A stretch of 64,000 nt of DNA from Thalia democratica (Eukaryota). Every line of letters begins with the position of its first letter. Within the stretch, counting starts at the first letter, position 1. The notes beneath the pieces were generated by a model. The model saw only the letters and a list, made by a program, of their open reading frames with translations. It ran no database searches and was not told the origin of the DNA. The DNA is taken from positions 57,226,001 through 57,290,000 of the forward strand of contig OZ241832.1 in the NCBI GenBank assembly GCA_965202585.1, written 5' to 3'. Shown here piece after piece: positions 1 through 13,589 of this stretch. The position numbers and the translations under genes were made by a program.

Positions 1-454
1 GAAATATTTTGAGCGCTTTTTTTTTGTCGTTTAATAAAAAATTATAATCAATAAAATATTTGTAAAACCTCAACTTCTCGCAGAAAGTCATGTGGGCGTA
101 CGGTAATAATGGAATATCTAGCTTTTATAGACGTTAACATTATATTTTGTTGTTGATTAGTGTGTTTTTAAAATTGTTTTCTACTTAATAAAACAATGCA
201 ATGAGTTTGAAGACATTTTTTATTTAAAAAGTTCTTTAAACATTTTATTGAATATAGATGCCTTAGCTTCATTTGACGCCAATTCATAAAACCTCGAAGC
301 TTTAATCATCAGAGTTGCAACGTTCTATCAGTATTACTCGTTGTAGTTTAGTATTTTCGATTAGCTTTAAGAAGGCTTGAAGTTTAAATTTTTCCTTATA
401 AAGATGCACCCTAACCTACAATCAATAAAATTTCTATATAAACTTCTCGCGCAG

Positions 455-1984
455 CAAGTCATGTGGAACGCGCGAAGTGCCGCCCTGCTCATAGTGCTGT
501 GGGCGTACGGCGTGGACCAGGCCATGCTGGCCAACTACCTGTTCTGGTACGCGGAGAGCAAGCTGCGGGCGTCGGGGACCGTCCTGGGCGTCAGCGTCCT
601 CGCGGGAACGGTGGTCGCCCTGCCCGTGTTCGCGTTCAACAGCAGGGTGATCAGGAAGCTGGGCTGTGACGTCATAATAAGCCTCACCATGGTCAGCTTT
701 GCAGTGAGTTTGAGAATTGACTTATTTTTTCGTTTACGAAAGTACATAATAAATACAAAAATTTTCAAATTTGTTACAATTTATAAAAATAATTTACGTC
801 TAAAAAACTTCTGACATTTTTAAGCCGTTTAGTCTGCTATTGAAGTATGTGTTATTATGTTATTTTTTATAAACTTGCATTAATTTAGCACTTTTTTCAA
901 GTTTATTTTATTTTCTATAAAAACTATACTGTTTCCTTCCAAAGTTTTTAAAGTAAACAAAAAAAATCTTTAATATTTCAGGTAAGGTTTTTCCTGTACA
1001 CGATCATAAGCCAATCGTGGATGCTCATTCCGATGGAAATAATATTTCGTCCAATCAGCTACGCCCTGGCTTGGACCACGATTTGCATAAAAGCTTCCAA
1101 CATTTCGCCCAAAGGTCTCGAAGCCACCACCATGGCCATCGTGTACACGACGACGAAAGTTATCGGTAAATTAATTACTATCTAAAGAAAAATAAATTAC
1201 TAACAATACTAACGAAATAGCAACTTTTATATAAATAAGTCAAGTTTAAATATTTTTATATAGATAAAAGTTAATGATTATGTCGTTAGCTGTTACTTTT
1301 TCGTAAATCAATAAAGAAATAATCGTTAAACTTTAGAAAAATTAAACAGAAAATAGAAAATAGTTATTTTATAGATCAATCTTCCTTAAATAAAAAAGTG
1401 CGAAGAAAGCTTCCTTTATTTAAAAAATGAAAATTTTGTTTCAGGTTCAGGAACTGGTGCAGCGATAAGCGGCAAAATATTTCTGGACTACGGCGGGGAT
1501 TTTCTTTTCCACTCGATGGCGCTGATGAGCTTGGTGGCGGGGATTTCCTACCAGTGCTTCATACTGGTTGCAAACAAAACTAAAAAGAAAAATGTGAACA
1601 ATAACGACCCGGTGAGTTTTACATTTTGTTTCTATTTTTGAAGTTGAAGAAATATGAGTTGCTTACAAAATGAGTGTTTCATTTCTCAAAAGTTTTTATG
1701 AAATCGACGCAATGCACTTTAGTTTAGATTTAATTTTGTTTGTTTTTATAGGTAATTTCTGTTGTATAAAGTGGCTTCTTTTCAAACACTAAATTTTATA
1801 ATAAGTTTCAATAAAGCTACTTATAATTGTTTTAGTTTTAAATTTTTCAAAGTGTATAAATTTCATTACTGCACTTATATTGTTTTAGTTGACGGTGTTT
1901 TTAACTCATTAAAATAAAAAAATAACTAACTAATATTATTTTAATTAACAGGTCGAAGAGAAAAACACAAAACCACTGATATAA
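455..1984 (+). CDS. MFSD6-like major facilitator transporter, 3' part (5' end outside window). Exons 455-703, 982-1165, 1445-1611, terminal 1952-1984 (alternative terminal 1752-1769)
   Basis: GT-AG exons join in frame: ...QAMLANYLFWYAESKL...LGVSVLAGTVVALPVFAFNSRVIRKLG...VSFA|VRFFLYTIISQSWMLIPMEII...|GSGTGAAISGKIFLDYGG... Successive hydrophobic helices match the C-terminal half of MFSD6/MFS_1-like proteins. Confidence 0.8.
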
Positions 1985-3561
1985 AACGAAAGAACTTTTG
2001 TTTTTATTACAACAATCATATCCATTAATAACACAGTTGTTCTGTATGTACGATCTGTTTTAATTTCTATTATAAATGTACATGGAAAATAATTAAATTA
2101 AGAATTACGACGTTTTTAAAAAATTTAAAAATTTCTTTATTTTTTATCAAAAATTAAATGCAGCATATTTTATATTTACATACGGAAGTAATTTTCGAAA
2201 AAAAAGCCATTATTGAACAGTTAATAGACCTAATTTTTTTAAAATTTAATTTAAATACTACTTTTTTATATCTGCATTGCTTTTTATAAAACTTTTTAAT
2301 GTTCTTCTACACACTCGTGCAATTCGCAATAATCTTTGTTTGTTTTACGCGTTTTATTCTAAAATAAAGCAAACAAGAAAACTGAATAAACGTAAAAAAT
2401 CTGAAAAAGTTTTACGAGTTTAACTGCATCACAATGCAGCTAAACGAGAATAATAAACAAAATTAATGATTAGAAAAAAAAAACAAAAGTTTAAAATGAA
2501 ATGCTTGTGGACTTTAGAAAAATGTTTCTGTTATAAAAAGTTAAGCAAATAGTTATATCTATTAAAATACTACTTGATTTTTTATATCTTAGAAAGCTTT
2601 TTCAATAGAGTTACTTGAAAACTTTGTATACGTAATAACTTTGTAATATTAAAAAAAATGTTTTTGCAAAAAAATAAAATCGATATAAAAGTATATGATG
2701 AAAATAAAAGTTATTTAAAAAAACCTAGACAAAGTTTTATGGAGTTTAAAAAAGGTGTAAGCATGTTTGTAATTTATTAGAAGCAGATGAGCCAAATAAA
2801 ACTTATAATTTTTTTCTAATTTGTTCCTACAAATACTTAACTTGATTTGAAAAAAAAAAAACATCGTGTGATAAACAGAAAAAGAAGAAAAAGTATTGAT
2901 AAATAAAAGCTGTAAATATGGTTAAGCTTTCAAAAATTTTGCTAGCAGAAGAAATTGATTCTCAAAGCAAAAATAGAAAAAGTTTAAAATCAAAACGAAA
3001 AATATAAACTTTAATTACTTTTTGTTTTCTTTTATCAAACCGACCGTTTTAATTGAAACTTTGTTTGAACAGTTGGTAATTTATTATTATTTTATTGTTT
3101 ATAAAGTTGTATTTAAATAAAGATCTTTGTTGTTATTACTAAAGGTTTAATTTTTTAGATAAAACTAGCAATATAGAAATTAAAAGAAAAAAGTTGGAGC
3201 TGCAAGCTAAAAATATTGTTTTGTTTAGTTTTTATTTAATGTTTAGTGACAAAAGTAAATGTAAAAATCAAATTCAGTCAAATCAAATTGAAAAACTCAA
3301 ACTTTTCATTTATATAAATCTAAAATTCGAAGTTGCAAAAGTGCTTTGAATAATTCAGTTTGTATCGGTAAACAAAAGAAAGTTTTAGATTTAAAGCCAC
3401 ATTATCACTTTTTAGTAGAAGTACAAGTTTAAGAATTATTAAACAAGTCTGCAACTTTAACTTTTATATAAATTTAAACTGTTCATTCTATAAAACAGAA
3501 AGCTTTAAAAACCTTCAACTTAAAATCAAAATCCGACGCTTTAAAAGGCAACATTTCAACT

Positions 3562-6500
3562 TCAATTGCACACGTTTTGCGTCACGGTCGAGTTGCACAG
3601 CTGGCAGTTGACCTGGCAGCACCACGAGAACGTGCAGTTGCACGGGGACTCCACCACTTTCGAAACCGTCCTGTGCCCCTTCCCGCAGCACAGCGTGTCG
3701 CACCCCGTCGCCGCCTGGCGGTCGCCCCTGGCAACCCGATGGTTGCTATGGCACACCCTGCCCTGGTTGTTGCAGGTGGGCCGGGTGGCGCGCAGGTATA
3801 TCAGGTCGGTGTCGCCCCTGAGCTTCCGCTTCCCTTTCCCCTTCGGCACTGTCCTTCCGTCCTTCCTCAGCACGTGCACCTGAAAGTTTCATTTAATTTA
3901 TTTTTTAAAGCTATCAGGCTGGGAGTGTGGCGATGAGCGTGTAGCAAAATCACTATTGCATTAAATTTTGAGAGCTATAAAAACGAGCGTTAAACAAAGT
4001 TGTACATGTTAGAGTTCTTGAATTTTAGCAACCTTGGTACTTTAAGTGTATTAAAAGTTTAAACTTGCCAGTTAAATATTATATTTAGCTGCAGATTAGT
4101 TCAGAACTTTAAGTACAAAAACATACCTGCACGGCGTTGAGGAAGTTCTTCTTCAAGAGTTGGGAAACCGAGTAGAAGCTGGGCAGGTTCCTCCAGCAGC
4201 TCTTGGAAGTGCAGGAGCCAGAAAGACCGTGACACTTGCACTTGTGGTCCATGTTGTCCGCTATCACCTGTTTCATAATTGAAAATAATCTTTGTAATTA
4301 CTTATACTTTTAATTAGAGCGTGAAAGCTAAAGATGATATGCATTTTAAGTTGTTTTATTTTTTAAAAGTTCTCTTTTGTTTGACTGCAAATTTTTGATT
4401 GAAAAATCATTATAGTACAAATCTCGATCAGTGTCCAGTGCTTTTTTATGATGGCCTAACACCTCGGCTTTGCTTAGGATAGCCGAAATAACTACTAGTC
4501 AGTTTAAAAAAGACTACTTATTGAACAAGTAAACTTGTAGACAAAATTTGTTTAACTAAATCTCAAAAACAAACTATCCTGTTCTTTACTTTACAAAAAC
4601 AAAAACATCAAATAACCTTTCTCCCAACGTCGTTGTTCCTCAGGTTCACGAACATCTCGTTCCTCGCCCGCCTCCTTGACCTCACGCTCCCCCTCCTCCC
4701 TTTTCTCCTGATCTTCCTCCGCTCCCTCATCTCCCTCCGCCTCGCCCGCTCCGCCGCGTCGACGAACATCCGCGAGATGGCGGTGCCGTACCCCACGTTC
4801 GCGCTGCACTCGCCCCACTCCACCTGGCGGTTGCGGTTGCCGTGGTAACGCTTGGCCCACGTGCGGTCGCACCCGCAGCTTCCCAGCTTCTCCTGGAAAC
4901 AGTCCCTGGAATGGTTTATTAAACAATCAATATTTTTTTGATTAAAATTTATAAATACTAATAATAAATTATTGATCACATCTACATGAATCTGTGTTTT
5001 GCATTTTAAAAAGTTCAAAGCAAAATTCTTAGTTTACATTTTGCATGTTGTGTAATTCACAACTCTGCTGTAACCTTAGTCACACTCGTTTTTTAGTTTT
5101 AAACTTTGTTAAATCTATTACATCGTGCGAGCCTTCAAAGCTATCCAAACTAAAACTCGTAAAAACAATTTATAAATAGGACATACTTTGCTTCATAAAT
5201 TGTTTCAAGACAGCACGTTTAATTAAAAAAAATTTCTACTACAAATACTACTGTTTAATAAACTAAAATAACTGTTAATTATACATAATAAATAGTATAA
5301 TATAATAAATACCAGAACAACCTTGTGATGGAATTGACCACTCCAGCGGATATTATCGCGTGCACAAACGCCGCCTCCCTCGTTCCGCTGTACGGTTTAT
5401 CGAGGAACACCGACCTCCTGTTGCGCCCTCGTGCGGTTGGATTAACTGCCGATATGGAGCAGTTCCACAGGTGGTCCTTCAACTGGCGCTGGCACTCCTG
5501 AAGTCCCGACTTGATGCCGTCGGTGATGGAAGGCATCAGGTGCCTGTACTTCCTGCACAACTGAGAAAAAAAATAATAGTTTAATTTATAACTTTAATTT
5601 GTAAGTTTTTAGCTGAAAAAAAAAATTAATTTAAAAGTATTATATGTATATTTTTAACTGAGAAAAAAATATTTCAAGTTAAGCCTAGTTAACTTTTTTA
5701 AACATTTTTATTTGAGTAAAAAGGTCGGTACTTCCTGCCCAGCTAAAAAGGACATATAAATTAGAGCTTAATTTTAAAAAGCTGATTGATATTTTATACT
5801 TTTACTGTAACAAATATTTTAAACTTCATAAATATATCGGTGTTTCTTATGCAACTGCGAACAAATAAACAGTTAGTTTGAAAAGAAAATAATCATTTGT
5901 AGTTAAACTGACTGTATAAGTTTTTAAAAGAAAAGGTATTTTCTGCAAAGCTGGCAGTTAGTAGTTTTGAGTAGATACTTAAGTTTTCATTACTATTAGT
6001 ATTTTATTTGATTTCTAACGTTTACATGCTTTAAAATCAAGGGTCGACTGCGTTTTGTGAGGAACACAGCCAAGTTTACTGAGAAACAGTTCTTTAAGGG
6101 CAACATATTTTAAATAAATTCAACTTAAAGCAAACAAAACAATTATGAATTCAAGACTAAAGTTTGCACAGCTAGAACAATAAGAAAAAAAGACTTAATT
6201 TTCAAGGCTTTTTTAATGTTTTACTGTTAGTTGGGTATTTGACTTTTAAGTGTTTATAATTGTTTAATTATTTTTCAAAGGTTACATTATCTCTTATATA
6301 AAATCGGTATTTTCTGCACAGCTGATAAATAACAATTTTATTTTAAGTTTTAATTTTTAAAAGCCTTTTGTTTTTGTTAACTTTAAATGCGTGTGTGCTT
6401 AAAGTATTTTGATATTTTTGTCACCATAGTTGTCATTTGTTTTTATTTTGTAAAAATTATTAAATTAAAAAAGTTGATCGTATGAGTTTTTGAAAACTAT

Positions 6501-9500
6501 TTTACATTTTTTTTAGTAAACTGTTACAAAAATATCTTTAAACAAAAGCATATTGTAAGAATATTGTGAATTATAAATTAGTTTTACAATAACATTTATT
6601 TGGTACAGACGAAAAATTTTGTTGTCAATAATAAACAAGGAGTTTCTTTTTTAATTTAAAATAAGCTGAAGTTAAAGTTTTACAAATAAACTTAGACTTA
6701 ATTCACAATACAAACTTTAAACATTTTAGATACTGTTGTAAATAGAAAATATGTATTTTAAATTAAAGTATTTGAAAAAAAAAGTCTCACTATCAAAAAC
6801 AAACAGGTGTACCATTTATATTGATAGATTTTCTGTATAAAAAAACTTTAATCTAAAATACGGTGAGTTAACGTTAACAAGTCTAAAACTTATGAAATCT
6901 TAAAATTAAAAAGATTTTTCACTGACTAGCCAACAAAACCATCAGAAAGTTTGATGAGTTCTTTAAAAAACATTAACAGTTTTTAAGTTTTAAAAGTTTT
7001 AGTAAAAACTATTTATAACAAATTTTAAAAATTTACAAATTTTACTCACTTGTCGTTGGTGCACAGTGAAAAATTTGTACTTTTCACAATTTTCCGTTTC
7101 ATTTACATTCCAGTTATCGAGGTTGCTGTGATGAATGTGCCTGTTTGAAATAATTATGTTTTACAAATGTTTAAGTTATATAACTTAAAAGTTTAAACAT
7201 AAATCACTCATTTTGAAAAAGTTTATTAATTAATTTCGTTTAGCTCATCATCACAATAAACTTGCTTAAAACTGATAATATTATAGTGTAAATTTAGTTA
7301 TAAATAGTAATTTTGAAATACCTAGTTAAAAATTGTTACGTCATAAAGCATAAAAGTTATACTATAAGTTATATAAATAAAAAAATTTTTGCTATTGATA
7401 CCCAAAGGATTTTAGTCGTCTAAGAAGGAAAAACTGATAAATAAAAAGTAGCTATAAAAACCTACAATAATGAAATTAGGTTAACGTGTGATAACTATGA
7501 TTAGAAAATAAAGTTACTTTAAATAAAATTTATTCGTCTTCAATAAAGTTTATATTTGTAAGATGGTGTTGGTTTGTTATTAAACTTTACTGTGTTGTAA
7601 CAAATTGAAATAAATCACAGATTATACTAGATATGGTTTGGTTATACTATTTTTATAGGGTGTTTTTGTGCTGTTAAGTTTAAAAAAAAATAATAAGTTA
7701 ATATCATCTCATTCATTTTTATATATAAAAGTTAAGTGAACGTCCAATATAATGCTTTTATAAATAAAGTATATTCCTATTTTAAACCCTTAACACAACG
7801 CCTTTTATTTGAAATCGTGGCTAAAACTAAAATTTTAGCATTTTGTTTATATGTTAGATTTAAAATAGAAATTTCTGATATTTATAAGTAAAAACGCGTA
7901 ATCTTTCGGAATATGAAATGTTTATTTTGTTTAATCTAGAAACCAAACTCTCAGTCGAAAATTGTTTATCCAAAATAATGACTGATTTTAGATTCATGTA
8001 CGCTTAAAACTTTTTTAATCTTTAAAGTTAATGTTTTGTAATGTAAGTCGGTATTTAAGCCTTCAACTTTTCATTAATTAACAAAACATGTTTTGTATGT
8101 ATTTTTCTCTAAACGCTTAAAAGTCGATGATTAATTTTAAATACACATACAATGTTTTCAGTCTTAAACTTCCTGTTTTTCTTTTATTATTTTTAGTCGG
8201 TATATAAGCTTTAAAGGATAATAAAAGATAATACTTAAACAGACTTTATATAACAAAAAAATACTATATGTTTACTTCTTAACCATACTTCCTAATCTAA
8301 ATGTTATGTAAATTCTTGAACACTTTAAAGTACACAAAATTGAAATATGACTAAAAAAACAAACACGATAACATAATCTCACGTCTCAACAGGCTATTAA
8401 GATGCTTTTTCTGGTAAACGGAAAGCTTTATTCGGTATTCTCAAGTGAGTGAATCATTCAAACATTGTTTAAACTTGATGGATATATTTATTACATGTTG
8501 ATCATACGCTTTTGCTACTTCTTAGTCAGTAAAAACATAAAAATACTTGACAGAGATCGGATTTTAACAAAAGTATTCGAAATTCAAGTACTTTGATATT
8601 TTAACTTGAAACTTAAGTATAACTTTGTAGTTATGAAACTTTTAAATTGTTGATAAACTTAGTATTTTTAAAAACATGCATCTATATCTTCAGCTTATAT
8701 GAACTTATCCAGATTGTTTGACTACAAATTTTCTGATAAATTTGTGTTTTTATACATGATGATTTTATTTATCCAGCCATCACTCAATAAATCGTTCAGC
8801 ATTAAGCCTTTCAACCCGAAGCCGAACTATTTAATCATTAAAGTTTAATCAATAACACAAATAATTCTTGGAAGCAGCACCACTAACCCCTATCACACGA
8901 GACACCCCAAGTATTCGGCCCCGAACGAGCACCACACCAGCGCATTAGGGCGACAAAAGAAAGCTTAATCCGGCTAAGCCATTGATTACAAACAAAATTG
9001 TCATTGTTTGCGCCGCGATTTGGCCGCCACACCCTTGCGCGCAGTCAAGCGTGACCGGATGACTTTTCTGCCTTTTTGTTATCATTCGGCGGTTTTCGGC
9101 CCCGCAGGGAGAGAGGATGTTTCGGCTGAGAGTGGCGGAGTGATGGGTTATTGAAAAGTTTGAGCACTTAAAAAAAAGTTCGGAAACGCGGCCGAAAAGC
9201 CTCTCGAGCTGTTTGAGTTGTGGAAATGAAAAAGTTGGAGCTTCCATTGTTACGTAACATGGTTATTTCGGTGGTTGTTTTAGATGAGGATACATTATAG
9301 TCTAACATAAAAAAGACATGGTCACTTTATTTAAAGGCATTCGAAAGTAGATTTAAAAGCTTATTTATATATTTTTTATTGAATGATAAAAAAAGCGCTC
9401 AAAAAGTTTAGTCTAAGGACCTGGTGAAAAAACCTTTCGGTTACCGACTTTTACACAACATGCATAGCAACTTCTTAAAACTAAAAAGTTTTTTATCTGG

Positions 9501-10901
9501 AATTTATAACCTTGAGAAATAAAACCATCAATAAAATAAAAGAATAGAAAAGTAAAATTAAACGAAAATTAACTTAGTTATATATTATATAAGCTACGAC
9601 TTATTGAAGTTTTTCAAAACCCTTTTAAAATTTTAAATATGGTGGCATAAACAGTTACTTAAAAAATGAACCATGTTTTTTTACAAACTTAAATTCATCG
9701 TAGTTTTAAAAAGTGTAATTTTCTTCTGTTTGATAGCTTTAATGTTGTGCTTTAAGCTTTGATTACACTCTCCTAAATAAGTACTTTTGAGTAATTCAAC
9801 GCAATATAAATTTAAAGCTTAAGTAGTTTAAAACAATAATGGCTAATCAAATACATTTAATCTGTAATTTTATTTAAAATAATCACAAAAAGTACTGTAG
9901 TTGTGTTTTTTGAAAAGATCCATCAAAATAGTGCTTTATGTAGAGAAGAGTAAGCTCGAAATGTTTAAAAAAATATACAAAAAAAATTCTAATGATTTAA
10001 GTTTACTCTTAATCATAGTATCATATTGTAGCAGACTATTTTTTTTTATGACTATTAAATAAAAAGTTTTAATTGGACAAAATAGTCTTTTAACTTGCTT
10101 TCATTGTTAAAGCGCTAAATTTTACAAATTTGAAAAACTTTTAAAGTATTAACATATTATATTAACAAAACCTTTTAAGTTTGTACTTGAAATATTTAGG
10201 AAGTTTACTTTTATAAGTAGTTGTCTAAAACAACAGTGCTAATCTTAAGTACCAAAATGAAGCACTTCTGTATACTAAGTTACCTAATATTTATTTCTTG
10301 AAGATACCTCTTTGACTAAAGATTAAATGTGTTTGTCAGTTTTAATTAGATTATTTAAGAACATAAAAAAGAAAAAAAACATATTATAAAATACTTGTTT
10401 GAAAAATATTATTTAGAAAGTAATCACTTAGAATTTAAAAAGACTATTTCCACTTAATAATAAACAATGTAAATAAAAATATTTTTAAAACATTACTTTA
10501 AGTGTTTTTTCAAGCCTTTTTTTTAAACCGACGTTGTAAAGCTGTTTTTATTTTATGGTCAAAAGTTAAGCTACAAGAAATCAACTAAAATAAAGTGTTT
10601 TGTTTGTTAATCGACTTTATTACTCAAAGTTTCCACAAAAAACCTTAAACACCTACAACTAAATATTTCAATATTTTTTTTTCTCGTAAAAAACATAAAC
10701 TCACAGCCACTGCAGCCCACTAGCGATGGTGCACAAACACATGTTCAAGATGAAAATTGCTATCAAGATTGTCCTCGGAACTTTCCTTCCGAAGAACCTC
10801 TGTGAACTCTTCCACTTGGTAGTTTTGCAGGACTTTTTTTGAGGTTTCCATTTGGAGGGCTCGATTATTACACTCTTTCCGCAAGTACAGTATAAACACA
10901 T
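3562..10901 (-). CDS. Wnt: Wnt ligand (divergent; some Wnt5-like motifs, subfamily uncertain). Exons 10901-10705, 7140-7050, 5560-5322, 4905-4617, 4267-4127, 3879-3562
   Basis: All junction phases are compatible. Motifs: QRQLCR, ECQ..L....WNCS, TREAAFVHAI..AGVV, WGECS, NLRNNDVGR, KCKCHGLSGSC (acylated Ser kept), DLIYL, CCGKG, CNCTFSWCCQVNC. Ends with TGA at 3562-3564. Exon 1 start codon is less certain. Confidence 0.95.
8870..9250. promoter_or_regulatory. GC-rich non-coding island in Wnt intron 1, candidate enhancer
   Basis: Sharp GC rise against a very AT-rich intron, no convincing spliced ORF; contains TAATCC and CATTGTT words. Confidence 0.35.
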
Positions 10902-11539
10902 TATTAAATATTTGTCTACAAAAAATCTAAAAGTTTTCAGCCAGCTAAATACTTAGACTAAAGTTAACGTCAAAAATAAAAAGTAATGGTTAGAAAAATT
11001 AAGAAAGCGCTTAATCAACTTTTCAATAGTTTACTAAAACGGAATATTGTCGACTTAAAAGTAAATATCTCATAAAACAAAGCTTCAAAAACTTATATTT
11101 ATTCTACCTTTTGACTTGAAACGAACTTCAACATTGACTGCAAATGAGCAAAACATTAAAAAGTTTAAAAAAAGTGCAATAAAATAAAGCAACAGCCATA
11201 CATCTTTTGACGCCTGTCTCGTAAATAAAAAGATCAATTGAAACACTTAAAAATTTTGATTGTGAAGAATTTGCCGGTTCAATTATAATCTTTTAAACAC
11301 TTTTGTTGCAGTATTACGCTTGCTTGGCTTCGAAAATTTGCGTGAAGCCTTTTTATAGCTCATAATTCGTTACTTTTTACCAGAAATGTATTTTGTTGAA
11401 TTATAATCTTTTAAAAAATTTTGAGATACCGTCTAACGCTTACCTGATTTAAAGCCCTTTTATAATTAAATCTGTTATTTTTTACCGGACTTTTATGAAA
11501 TATATTTTGTTTTACTCATTTTTAAATAGCCAATTTGCT

Positions 11540-11850
11540 GTTTTTCATGCGCGGATTTCACCCAGAAAGTTTCGCTCCGGGCTCTAACAAGAAAATTGGG
11601 CCAAATCTGCGGCGCGAACCTTCAAAATTGAATAATAAACTCGTAAACGAACATGTTAGCATGGGAAATATCGGTGATGTTTTAAAGAGATCTGGTTATT
11701 ACCTGGTAATTGAGTTCATAACCTCGCTAGTTGCAAAACGCTCCGAACGCGAAGTGACTCATGCGTGGCAATGTTGGTTGTTTTAACGCTTTCTGTTTGT
11801 AAGCAATCCGCGAACGAATGGAAGTAGTTTTGAGTTATTGCGAGTAATAA
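11540..11850 (-). promoter_or_regulatory. Candidate Wnt promoter / non-coding 5' exon
   Basis: GC-rich island ~0.7 kb upstream of the Wnt ATG. AP-1 word TGACTCA at 11755-11761; minus-strand donor CCAG|GTAATA near 11703; acceptor TTTTGTAG at 10916-10917. Confidence 0.35.
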
Positions 11851-13589
11851 GTCGTGCTTTATGAATAAAATTTTATATTTACGTAGACTTTAGCGTTTAA
11901 GACTTTTCTTTAAATTACTTTAAACTGAGCTTTTAAAGAAAGTTTTTAGTTACTATCAATGAATAAAATTAGTTCTTAATTTAATTGAATAAAATTATTA
12001 ATACCTTTAGCTGACATAGCTTTGCAATTATGTTAAAAGTTGTTTCTGTTTAACGAACAGTTGTAAATAAACAACTTTTAAACGTAAACACAAAAAAAGA
12101 TCATAAAACTTTGTGTGTTGTACATGTTCTAATAAATCTCATCTAGTTCAAACTGTTTTGATAAAAACTTATTTAACTTTCATGGTTTAGCTAATATACA
12201 TGTTTTTCAAGTCAGAAACAATAAAATTAGTTAGCTATAACTGTATCAAAAAAACTAAACTCGTATCACAACTTAATTAAATCAATTTTAGTCACACATT
12301 AACTGAAATCTAAAAAAATAGTGAACTTGAAAAGTAAAAAAGATGCTTTTAAAACGCTTATAAAATGCACGAAACTTTTAAACACTGCATAATTTATTTT
12401 AAACTAAAAAAATGAAAGTTATACATACCAAAATATATTAATATACTTTAAAAAGCTTATTTTTGTTTTTCGCAATTCATTAGTGAGTAATTTCAACTAA
12501 ACGTAACTTAATAAAAAAATTATTCAATTAATTATACGGTTGAAAAAATCATTTATGTAGAATTTTATAATTTATTTTCTCACAAAATATGTTTAAATTT
12601 ATTACATATAGAATTTAATTGATCTTTAATTTAAAGTTAACTATTATCAAACAAGTGTAACTTATTCTGTTTATAAAAATTTGTTTTACTCTTACAAAAA
12701 TATTTTGTCAAAAACTTTAAGATATTAAATATACATACACCTTTAGTTTTAGTTTTGTTTACAAGAAATTGTTTAAAAAAAGAAGTATAATACTAAACAA
12801 AAGTAGATAGTTGAATAATCTCTAATTAATGAACTAAAACAAAACACTTAAAACTGTTTATTTAAAATAATTTAGGCAGCTAATCATGAAAAATTTACAA
12901 GAAAAACCTTTTAATAATTTATTAAAAATGACAAAAAAAATTATTATGACCTAAGTTACACAACATGATATTGTTTAAAATTGATACTTTAGCTATTAAG
13001 GAAGCAAAAATGCGTGAATTGTTTATTTGAAATTGTGAAACCTTGCACTGTATTTTGTAATACGTATCGAATTCTTTGAAAGATCAAAGTATATTGTTTT
13101 GAATAACTAAAACTCATAAACAAAACTACTAGTGTAAGTATTTACTTAAACAATTTACGTAGTTTAATGTTTTTTTTTTCGAAATCTGAAAAGCTGATAA
13201 TAAATCATATATGTTTCAGACTAACAAACAAGAATAAATTTACAGAAAAAATTTGAAATAAAACTTTTAAAAATTTTAATATAATTATAAGTTTGCATAA
13301 ACCTATAACAAAACCGAAAATCTAAACTGAAGAAGATAAAGTTATCTGAAAAAATATACAACTAAGTAATCTAGTATCTAATATCTGTTTAACTAATCAA
13401 TAATAATAGAACTACAGTTGTTTGGTCAATCACAAAATTACTTAGATATGTCAGACATGCTTTTCGTGCTTTGTAAATAAACAACCTGTGAAAAAAACAC
13501 GTTTATATTTGACGCAAGCAGGTTTAATCTACAACAACAAAAGCACCTCAAACTAAACTCAAAACTAAAAAAAGCTCTCAGCACATCTG

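Noticed and set aside
3515-5584. Overlapping ORFs 3515-3703, 3566-3883, 3577-3936, 4591-4926, 4633-4848, 5360-5584
   Set aside because: Shadows of GC-rich Wnt exons in other frames or strands.
13074-13089. Paired TCF/LEF words (CTTTGAA, ATCAAAG) upstream of Wnt
   Set aside because: Such words are expected by chance in sequence this AT-rich.
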